DNA from: Octopus sinensis
Taxonomy: Eukaryota
Reading direction: 5' to 3'
Assembly (NCBI RefSeq): GCF_006345805.1
Contig: NC_043003.1
Span: 60,016,001-60,080,000 of the forward strand
Length of the DNA stretch: 64,000 bases
Shown here: one piece after another, positions 52,879 through 64,000 of the stretch
Numbering within the stretch: position 1 is the first letter of the stretch
Layout of the letters: each line of letters begins with the position of its first letter
The notes under the pieces: model-generated
What the model was told of the DNA's origin: nothing
What the model saw: the letters and a program-made list of their open reading frames with translations, nothing else
Database searches by the model: none
Translations under genes and position numbers: made by a program

Positions 52879-52931
<53 letters not shown>

Positions 52932-54239
52932 TGTGTGTTTGTGGGTGTGTGTATGTATGTGTGCATGTATGTATATGTGAAAGCATATGGGTATATTAAA
53001 ATGTGGAAACTACAAATGATTGGATCATGTTGTTGACACTATTGTTAATCATTATAACAAACAATCAAAGGACGAGTTAGATGTATCATTACGAAAACAC
53101 ATAATTTAATCCAATTAAAGCTATTAGCAACAATTAGCAGAACACACGCACACACACCACACACCACACACAATAAACACACATACATATATATGATATC
53201 TGTAGTAATCGTATTTGCGAAAATTTGCATTTTATTATCAAGACACATATGCTCGAGGCAAATACAGTTACTATGTAAAAAAAAAAGAAGATAAAGATGA
53301 AAAAAAAAATATAAAACCAAATAACATGAAATATACTCTGATGTAAAAAAAGTCAATCAATATCGTAAATCAGAATATAATTGTTTGTTTAGTTACCAAG
53401 CTTTCTCTCCAACACCTCCACTTTCTTTCTGTGTCTGGTTCACTTTCTCTCTCCTCAATCTGTACTTTATGTACTCTTAGATGTTGTTTCGCCTCCAGGT
53501 GAGCTTCGAAGTCTGATCAAGCAGAACTAAGATTAAGGTGTTCCAATTGAATTCGTACTATCTTACTTTAATACTATGTATTTACACTAGCTACGAATGT
53601 TTATTATTATTTTTAGCTGAATTATAAATAAAATTACGGAGAATTGATACATATATGAAATTGTTGCATTTGATTACCGCAATCCCAGGTGAGTACTGAG
53701 TTTGGATCAAAGTAAACCAGCGATAAACACCAACGTGGAAAATCAATCCTAAAGTATGTGATAATTTTACAGTACTGCTATCTGACCTGCCTACATTGCA
53801 TTCTAGATAGGAGGATCCAAAAGAAAAATAATGTGCGATGTAGCGGTCCTCTAAGGGAGCAGAGTGGTCACATCACTTTTTGAACGTAAATAATGCTGCT
53901 CTTGAACCGTTGCAATGCAACCATTGCAGGAAGTTCAGGAACAGAGAGAATAGTAGAGCACCTACATTCTAGAAAGGATGGACCGGGCGTATTAATTATT
54001 TCCAGGCCTCGGGTGTTGGACACAATATGGGCGCTGAGGGTGAAGAGAGATAAATGGGTCAGGAAAGCGTGAGTCGAGGGGGCATCCGCCTAGCATATAC
54101 TTAGCAGCGGATGGCATTTTAGTTGCGGTGGAACGTACAAAAAAGGGAGACTCTGCCCCAGTCGGACAGTGATTGAATTTTGCTTGCGACTTGAAGTTAG
54201 CCGGTGGTATGGTCAACTGGTGCATTATGTATTGTTTGG

Positions 54240-54402
54240 ATGAGTAGTGTGGCTAAGTGATTAAGGAGTTCGGCCCACAATCGTATGGCCATGAGTTAGA
54301 TACGGGTGGTGCGTTGTGCACTCGAGCAAAATAACTTTATTTCATGTTACCTCAGTCTACTCAGCTGGCGAAAATGAGTGGTAATTGTCTTTAAAAGGGC
54401 CA
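54240..54402 (+). mobile_element. SINE family C-related, degraded
   Basis: gtgtggctaagtgattaagg...ctcgagcaaaa..actttatttca...cagtctactcagctggcgaaaatgagt. Confidence 0.6.
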
Positions 54403-54450
54403 GCAAACTATGGGTTGTGAAGAAATGATGAAAAGGAACATTGCATAACG

Positions 54451-55743
54451 TACGAGGGACGTTCAATAAGTAATGCCTCTGACCTACTTGCAATTGTTTG
54501 ATCTAGCTGAAATTTTGCATGTGCAATTGCTTATATCTCTATAGATTAAGGGGAAAATTACAGCTCTGAACTAATTGTGGTTTCGGATTTACAGGTGTTT
54601 GAACTGAGTCAAGTGTGAAATGGAGCCTGTTGAGTGTCGAGTAGTGATCCGGTTTTTATATTTGAAAGGACGCACACCACGGGAGACTTTTGATGAAATG
54701 AAAGTAACTTATGGTGATAATGCCCCATCATATGACCTTGTAAAACGCTGGCATCGTGAATTCAAACATGGTCGGAACTCTGTGGAAACAGCTCCCAGAT
54801 CTGGTCGCCCCCCCCTTCTTCCATTGATGAGGCATCTGACCGTCAAGTTGAGGCTGCCATTTTGGAAGATCGAGGCATAACTATTCGCCAAATAGCCCAT
54901 GAGGTCAAGATTACTACCGGGTCTGTGGAAACTATCATTCATGACAATTTGCATATGCAAAAGGTGTCTGCCAGATGGATTCCCAGGCTGCTCACATCTT
55001 TCCAGAAGCAAGAATGCGTCGAGTGCTCGAGGATGAATTTGGAGATATGCCAAGATGAGTCAAATTTTTTCAAAAGACTGATTACACAGGATGAAACCTG
55101 GGTCCATCACTATGATCCAAAGACCAAAGCCCAGTCAATGCAGTGGAAGCACCGTGACTCACCTCCTCCAAAGAGGCAAGGGTGCAGCTCTCCGCTGGCA
55201 AGGTCATGCTCACAGTCTTCTGGGACCAGGACGGAGTAGTGATGACAGATTTCCTGGCAAAGGGTACCACAATTATAGGAGCCTATTATGCTTCACTTTT
55301 GAGGAAATTAAGAGAAGCTATCAAAATCAAGAGGTGGGACAAGATCAGCAAAGGCATCTTCATCCTGCAGGACAACGCTCCGGTCCACAACTCGCTGTCG
55401 CCAGATCAGAAGCACAGACGTACGGCTATGAACTCCTCCCCCATCTCCCTACTCTCCTGACCTTGCACCCTCAGATTTTAACCTCTTCCCAGCCATGAAG
55501 TTGTTTTTGAAAGGAAATTGTTTTCCAAATGATGCAGCCTTGATTTCTGAAGTCACGTCGTGGTTGGAGGACTAAGCTGGGGTCTTCTACAAAAACGGTC
55601 TCCAGAGCTGCATCACACGATGAGAGAAATGCGTTACTCTGGGTGTTTCCTAGGTAGAAGAAGACTAATAACTGTGCCAAGTTTCGTTGCTCTACTGCTA
55701 TGGGAAGTGGGTCAGGGGCATTACTTATTGAACGCTCCTCGTA
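54451..55743 (+). mobile_element. Full-length mariner (DD34D-type) transposon with frameshifted transposase
   Basis: Inverted ends tacgagggacgttcaataagtaatgcctctgacc (54451) and ggtcaggggcattacttattgaacgctcctcgta (to 55743), including the TA duplication. Transposase from ATG 54620 in several frames: RSGRP, WIPRLL, DETWVHHYDP, SAGKVMLTVFWD, QDNAPVH, YSPDLAPSDF. Confidence 0.95.
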
Positions 55744-56159
55744 AATACATCAATTTTCTATAAATCTTATTTTTCATGATTCTGCTAGACTCTATCAACA
55801 TTTTCAGAATGTCATTCCTTGTACTGAAGATATTTATTTCTTACACGCATACAAAGGTACATACATACACACATTCAAATGTACCTTACGCTCCCGCTAA
55901 CTGGCACATGTGTGTAAATGAAGTCGGTACGTACAGCATATATATTTATTTCGGATGTTTACGCTACGAAGGCGTGTGATTCAGATACGAACTCATCACA
56001 AGGTTGTATCGATGATAGATTATTATAACATGGATAATTATTCTCTTCCTCCGCAATATGCTAAATTCTCTCTCTCTCTCTCTCTCACACACACATACAC
56101 AAACACACACACACAAGCACACGCACACACAAACACACGCACACACACATATATATATC

Positions 56160-56330
56160 TTTGTTTCAGTCATTTGACTGCAGCCATGCTGGAGCACTGC
56201 CTTTTATCAAACAAATCGACTCCAGGCATCATTCTTTGTAAGCCTAGTTCTTATTATATCGGTCACTTTTGCCGAAACGCTAGTATTGCGGGGACGTAAA
56301 CATACCAGCATCGGTTGAGAACAACACACA

Positions 56331-56378
<48 letters not shown>

Positions 56379-56512
56379 ATGGAATTCTTTCAGTTACTTT
56401 AAGTTTCTGTCTCCCAAATCTACTCACCAGACTTTGGTCGGCCCGGGACTATAGTAGAAGCCACTTGCCCAAGGTGCCACGCAAGTGCGACTGAATCCGA
56501 AACCATGTAGTT

Positions 56513-56513
<1 letters not shown>
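56160..56513 (-). mobile_element. Bipartite SINE family A, head truncated
   Basis: ttgtttcagtcatttgactgcagccatgctggagcac..., internal (CA)n, then ctttggtcggccc.gg.actatagtagaag.cacttgcccaaggtgcc. Confidence 0.85.
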
Positions 56514-56563
<50 letters not shown>

Positions 56564-56566
56564 TAA

Positions 56567-56598
<32 letters not shown>

Positions 56599-56600
56599 TC

Positions 56601-56632
<32 letters not shown>

Positions 56633-56725
56633 GCATATATATATATATAGATATATATATACATGTATATATATATGTATATATATATACATATATATAT
56701 ACATACATACATATATATATACATA

Positions 56726-56776
<51 letters not shown>

Positions 56777-58129
56777 ACATATATACATAAATATCGAACA
56801 ATGAGAATGAGTGCTCAGTAATGCATTGATGCCTAAAGATTCTTTATTTGTGTATTAAGGCTAGCATTGTTTTCAGTTTAAGAAAATATCTGAACAAGCC
56901 AATCACATAGAAAAGTTGGTGACTCCCACCACAAGCCTAATATATAAATGGCAATTTCTGTCTGTTACCATTTTAGTACCTACACCAGCGAACCAATATT
57001 CACGAAACTTTGAATACATGTGCAATAATAGGCTAATTGGATTTCAATGAAACCTTATAACGTGCGTCGCAGGAGCGTTGGGCGAATTATATAATAATAT
57101 GAGAAGTTTGCAAAAGGTACTGGTCGTAGAGAAAATTAGTAGCAGAAAGAGGGTGATATATATCAGTGAAGGCAAGAACAGCGGTGCAATGGAATGTTAA
57201 CGTTAATACAGCTGTCGTATACCGTTGACGCCGCAGACATAGTAGCATCGAAAATACAGATACAACACACACATACACACAGACACACACAGACACACAC
57301 ACACAGAAATGTGAGAGTGAGGAATACGTTGCTTTAAAGAGAGAGAGGCTAGATGGCTTTTCTGCTGTCCATTGCAAAGAAACACTCACACACAGACACA
57401 CACATACATACAAATATATGCATATATACGTACATGCATACATACGCATGTCTACTATACACCATTTTCAACTCGTGATTACCTGTGTGTACGTTTGTAA
57501 ATGTGTGCCTGTGTGTGTGCATGCGTGTGTGTCACTTCCTATAACTGTCTGTCTGTCTACTTTTTTGCGTCTTCCCAGTTACTCTCACATATTGTGAGAT
57601 TTTAAACTTACGCTAAAATTTTCACATTTGGTATACTGAAATAATCCTCGACGTCAACTCCTATTGTATTATTTATTTGTTCCTAACATCCAGTTGAATT
57701 ATAGGCAAATTCGATTTCAATAAAAATCTATAAGAATCTAAGTGCTACAGCACCCCCTCCTAGGATGGGGGCTCGAGGGATAGGAACAACGTTGAGCAAA
57801 ATAAACATAATGAGGGAGAGAATGGATAAAACAAACAGTGTGAAAAATAGAAAGTGAGAGTGCAAGATGGTGCAAGACAAACATGCTGAGGAGCGAGAAG
57901 ATAGAATACCGAGAGAGAAAGATCGAATGAGTCAGAGTGGATATATATATATATATATATATATATATCTGTGTGTGTGTATGTGTGTTTCTGTGTCGTT
58001 GGTGGGTGTTTTTATACATATTCTTGTTTCATTCTAACAAGGTACTTTTGTTTATACACACACACATACACATAAACACATATATACATAGATACATATG
58101 TGAGTACATATACATACATATATATATAG

Positions 58130-58176
<47 letters not shown>

Positions 58177-58899
58177 TGTGTGTGTGAGTGTGTGTGTATA
58201 TATGTATGAATATGTATATATGTATAATTACGCATATACATATACATAGATAAATATATGGATATGTAAATATATACATATATGTTGTTTACACCTAAGT
58301 ATGTGTATGTTTCCTTGCGTGAGTTTGCTAATGTGTGTGTGTGTGTGTATTTGTCACTGTCTACGTATGTGTGTGTATGTTTGATTCTATGTGATGGAAC
58401 GCTACACAACCAGCCTTATCTCTTTCCCAAATCCAAATATTTTATAAATTGCTCTCTCCCATCATTCCTAAACATTCCACTTTTGACTTGGAAAGTTCTA
58501 GCAAATTATTAAAAAAATAAGGGGAACCTACCATAATAATAACTAATTGGTCAACCATTTTTTCCTTATTATTTATTTATTTATTTATTTATTATTTATT
58601 TTTATTTTTTTGGCGATTAATAGCTGTTGAGAAATTCAGATAACTAATAGAAGAAACGTGGCAACTATCGTAAGTAATAATTGGTTAAATCTCAAAGTAT
58701 GTTTGGCGCTGTCCCTCGGTTTACCAAATTTGGAACTGAGCCTAACTTAACAGGAACATTTTGGCCAATTAGTCATCAGGTAGATTTTAAACCGGAAAAA
58801 GTAAAGAAAAAAAGAGACAGAAAGAAATGGGATAGTCAGACTAACAAACAAATATATAGATGGAGAGATCTTAATAGGAAGAGGAACAGAAAGAGGGGG

Positions 58900-58945
<46 letters not shown>

Positions 58946-59830
58946 AGATATTGTGAAAGAGAGAAAATAAGAGAAATGGGGAGGAAGAGACTGAGTGTGT
59001 GTGTGTGGGCGGGATGGCGACTCGCGTGTGTGCGAGTGTGTGTGTGTGTGGTGAGACCAAATATAATGAAAAATATATGTATAAGAATGTGTGTCAGAAA
59101 TGAATATAGAAATAAAACGAAAGAAATAAGGATGAAGAGATGTATAGAGAAAAAAAGCTATAGAGGTTATGTGTGTGCGCGCGTAGGAGTCTGTATATTT
59201 ATGTGAGAGTGCTTCTCTGAGTGCTTGTATGAATATGCGCGTGAGGCGTGAGTGTATTAGTGAGTGTGAGTATACGTAAGAGAAAGAGAGGGAAAGGGCT
59301 AGAGAAAGAGAAATAGCTACGTTGCTGATAATTTGATAAATAGATATGTAACAGAGAAATACATCTCTGAGAAAACTCCGAGAAAATATATTTTTTTTTA
59401 CATGTTTCTTGTATTGCATGTGTGAGTATATATATGTACACACACGCAAACACACACGGACATATAAATACATGCATATGGATATGTATACATACATATA
59501 CATATTCTTAAATATATGTGTGTGTTCGTGTGTATGTGTGTGTGCGTCGCGTACACAAACGCACACATAGCTATGTACTTACATGTGGGTGAGTATCCAT
59601 GTATCTGCTTCTATATACACCCACATTCATTCTCTGGTAGAATGAAAAAGTATGCGAAAGAATGATAAATTGGAGAATGACAATGTAGAACATCAACATA
59701 CATACATACATATATATATATATATAAATACATACACATATGAATACATACATGCACATACATATATGCATATGTGTGTATATAACCCCATAGATATACA
59801 CACACACACATATACTATACATATATATGC

Positions 59831-59874
<44 letters not shown>

Positions 59875-60344
59875 CACATAGAGACACATAGACACAGACA
59901 CACACATAAGAATGCACACACACACACTCATATATATCATATATATATATAGACACGCACACATACACAGGCATACAGAATATTAGAAAGTGATGGTAAA
60001 AGACGGAGATTTACAGAAGTTTGCAGGGCTTGAGGCGATCATGTACGTTTAATGCAATGCATGGCCGGTATCTTTGAGAAAAAACTCGAATGATGAGTGA
60101 GGTAATTGCTTATATACCTATTGATCTTTGGACGCAGCTAAATGTTTTTAGCAGTAAGATTCTCCAAGAAATCGTCTAAAAATACCAAAGTACAAAAAAA
60201 ATAAATAAAAAAATAAATATTAATAATGTGAGAAATAGATATTATAGAAATATATAATTATTAATAACTGTATACAAATAATACAAACTATGTTGTTACA
60301 AAAGCAATTAATAATGATACAATATAAATACTAATAAAAATAAA

Positions 60345-60362
60345 ATAATGATAATAATCCTA

Positions 60363-60415
<53 letters not shown>

Positions 60416-60434
60416 GATGATGATGATTTTGATG

Positions 60435-60503
<69 letters not shown>

Positions 60504-60622
60504 GCAACAATAATAATAGTAATAACGATAGTAATAATAATAAAAATAATGATGATTATGGTGATGATGATGAGGCTGATGACGATGATGATGATGATGA
60601 TGATTATGACGATAATAATATC
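60345..60622. repeat. Compound (AAT)n/(GAT)n microsatellite
   Basis: Directly visible. Confidence 0.95.
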
Positions 60623-61092
60623 TATAATTCATTTTCAAGCAATCATTTACTGGGAAACGCCAAATCGAAAAAGCACCATTAATGGCTGTGCTTCAATAAT
60701 CGTTGGAAGACGCTTTTGTACTTTCCATATTAACATCTTGTTTGGTCGAGGAACGTAAACACCCAACTCTTAATGTTCAAAGATGTGTTTGCAGTTTTAT
60801 CTTATTTTATTTATTCATGTATGCATGTGTGTATGTATATATATATATATATGCATAAGAATATAATATATGTATATACATATATATGAATATGTTTATG
60901 TATGTATATAGATAGATTGATTGATAGATGTATAGATAATATAATATATATGCATATGTGTGTGTGTGTATGTCTGTGTGCATGTGTGTGTGTTGACAAA
61001 CAGTTTTTCATCTCTGTATTTCTCGATGTCTCTACATACGTCCATACACAAAATACAGGCCTATTGAGCTTGCAGTTATGGATATATGTCTG

Positions 61093-61189
<97 letters not shown>

Positions 61190-62033
61190 ATATACACTCA
61201 TATGTATATATGTATGTGTACATAGATATATATATGTATATATATATATATACATATATATACATATATATATATATGTATATACACATATATATACATC
61301 ATATATATGTATGTATGCATATATATATGTTTGTGTGCGTGTGTCTGTGTGTATGTGTGTGTGTCTGTGTGTGTTTAGAACACTAGACAACCGAAAAGCG
61401 AAGGTTGTACGCACGTAAAGCTTACGCTTTTCCCCCAGTTTTAAATTCCCAAATATGTTGCACTCACCTATTGTTTTAGCCAAATTTGTTATAATTGCAA
61501 GTTTATTACATCAATATTTATTGCAATGTCATTATTCATTGACATTGAAAGTTTTGTTAAAAAAAAAGAAAACGAGATCTTGAAATCTGTGCCTGTCTTT
61601 TATAGCTTTTATACATCAACTCAGATGAATGTAAATACGTATATTAATATACGCAAATGATGGCTTGTATGCATATGAGTTCCAGGTCGCAGGCCATGGT
61701 TATTACCTTATTCGTAAGCCATAGTTATAGTTTTGCATAAAGACTGATATTTTGACTGAACTATTCTTAGGTTGTATAATGTCTTCTGATTATTTTTAAA
61801 GAAATATTTTCGCTTTGTCACTTTTACTCTTTTTCCAAAGTCGGAAGTGATATAAATTTGTTTCTTTGTAGTCACTGACCGAAAATTAAGAACACTGTAC
61901 TCAGCCAAGCAATGCAAAATACATTGGAAAACGTTAACCTTTAAGAAAATACAAATATATATTGGTCAATGAGACACCTCCGATGAGAAGCCAATTAGGT
62001 TCGAAAATTGATTTAGGCTGTTTACTCTTTTTC

Positions 62034-62398
62034 AGGCGCAGGAGTGACTGCGTGGTAAGTAGGTTCCTTACGAACCACATGGTTCCGGGTTCAGCCCCAC
62101 TGTGTGGCACCTTGGGCAAGTGTCTTCTACTATAGCCTCGGGCCGACCAAAGCCTTATGAGTGGATTTGGTAGACAGAAACTGAAAGAAGCCCGTCGTAT
62201 ATATGTGTATATATGTATATATGTGTATATATTTATCCCCCCCCAGCATCGTTTGGCAACTGATTCTGGTGTGTTTACGTCCCCGTAACTTAGCAGTTCG
62301 GCAAAAGAGACCGATAGAATAATACTAGGCTTGCAAAGAATAAGTCCTGTGGTCGATTTGCTCCACTCAAGGCGGTGCTCCAGTATGGTCACAGTCAT
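62034..62398 (+). mobile_element. Bipartite SINE family A
   Basis: aggcgcaggagtgactgcgtggtaag...ggcaccttgggcaagtgtcttctactatagcctcgggccgacc...ggcggtgctccagtatgg. Confidence 0.88.
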
Positions 62399-64000
62399 GG
62401 TCCCTTTGTTCTGCTACTTCAAAAGAGGAGAGCTATCGGGCAGCTAGCTGGTCATCTGGACACAAGATGGGGTCTGATCAGCCCCAGCTAGGTCACCTGG
62501 AGGTGGGTGTATGATATTGAAACACCCGAAACACCCGATGATACGAGGCACATCACTAAAGATGTGTCCAGATGCATGTCATTGATGTACCTACACAACA
62601 AAATATATATATATATATATAAATGAGGTGACACGCGCACAGATACATATAAAACATGTATATATACTTATGCTTGTATATTTGTGTATCTTTACTTATT
62701 TATGATTGTGCATGTTGGTGTTCGTGCGTGTTTGAGCATGTAAATGTGTTTGTAAGCGTTCGTGTTAATCTTTAGAATGTTTGATATAGTATTTTTTCCC
62801 TTTATTCTGCTACTTCATTTACGTTCAGTATCGGACAATGTTTCAGATGTAATGTGAACCGGAAAAATGGTGAAACATTTATGTCAACCAAGTACTAAAT
62901 TCCACTCCGTTCTGCTATTAACTTATGTTTACAGGATACACTTTCACATACATATAGACGCTCATTAGCAAACACCCACCCACCCACACACACACACACG
63001 GACGTACATTAACACGCATGTGTATATGTAGAGGTATTTATATATATGTGAATATATATATAAATGTACATATACACGAATATACATGACTATGTATATA
63101 TGTGTGTGTATGTACCTAAGTATATTCATATATACTATCTATATTCATTTACACATACTCCCATATATATATATACGTATATAATTATTCACACACAGAC
63201 ACACATATATTTACATACAAGCACGCACCTACAACTATGTATATATATATATATATATATAAGGTGACACGCGCACTCATATATACACACTTATACATAT
63301 ATGTATGTATGTATTTGTGTGTATGTATGTGTGGATTGATGGATAGATGGATGGTTATATATGGCGTGAATGTACTGTGTGCTTGCTCGTAACAAATGTA
63401 ATGAAGATGTCTGTATGTTTCAATGTGATGTATTAATGTACGTATTTTTGGTGAAAGTCGAATCGTTTCTAGCGTGTGATTTCATTTGCAAGACGCTATA
63501 ATTACTTGTGATGCAGACTTCCGGTTAACTTATTTACCATAGAGCTATTCTTATAGCTATTGCTGTCTGGATCCACTTTAGTCTTCTACTGCGTAATTAC
63601 ACTTCACTCGTCGTATGCTCCCTGCCAAAGCTACGGAACCAGCAACGTTATTTCGTTTCCCGGTTTAGTTATTTCATTTCATTTACTACACTAACAGGAG
63701 ATTTCCGGCTGCAATAAATATCCCAGAATGGAATGTTGTTATGCTTAAGGTTGACCTTAACGCACTCTATGAAAGTGAAGAAGCTTTCTAAATACGGGTA
63801 GAATTTTTATATGGTTTGGAGGTAACAGTTGTGTTTTGCATTCTCTTCTAATGCCATTCCCATCACCACAAAGCATTATGGGAATATTAAAATAACTTGA
63901 ACTCTCGACCAATTTTATCGGATCCCACTTTCTACCGGAATAACCAGTGTCAAAATAAACCTTGGCGGGAGTTGAAATTAAAGATTCTTGTGGACTGTAA

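Noticed and set aside
56936-57100. Helitron/Helentron-like remnant (ctaatatataaa..tctgtctgt..ttcacgaaactttg)
   Set aside because: Only short motifs recalled from non-autonomous rolling-circle elements; no clear terminal hairpin, so it is insufficient to call.
62626-63276. 15-bp direct repeat aggtgacacgcgcac at 62626 and 63262, each after (TA)n
   Set aside because: Too short and in low-complexity context; possibly an old local duplication with no further support.

Overview
AT-rich, microsatellite-saturated animal genomic DNA. The SINE repertoire and repeat density point to a coleoid cephalopod, probably Octopus (inference). The only host gene I can support is the 3' end of an AP-2 transcription factor (TFAP2) on the + strand: a 142-bp penultimate exon (20808-20949) and the last coding exon (23655-23958). 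An intron of more than 20 kb lies upstream and a repeat-poor candidate 3'UTR lies downstream. The rest is transposon-derived: three tRNA-type SINE families, CR1-group LINE pieces, R4/Dong-clade retrotransposon fragments, a Penelope GIY-YIG fragment, a full-length frameshifted mariner, smaller DNA-transposon relics and a 282-bp hairpin. Almost all supplied ORFs are microsatellite artefacts. Best leads: (1) an uncharacterised ~550-bp non-coding element in four copies, always abutting (ATT)n with the same polarity as neighbouring Dong/R4 fragments, one copy with a twin-priming-type inversion; (2) a 3' motif plus stem-loop shared, with different stem sequences, between the main SINE and two CR1-type LINEs; (3) SINE-borne AP-2 consensus sites inside the AP-2 gene's own introns. 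All alignments and identities were made by eye; no searches were run.
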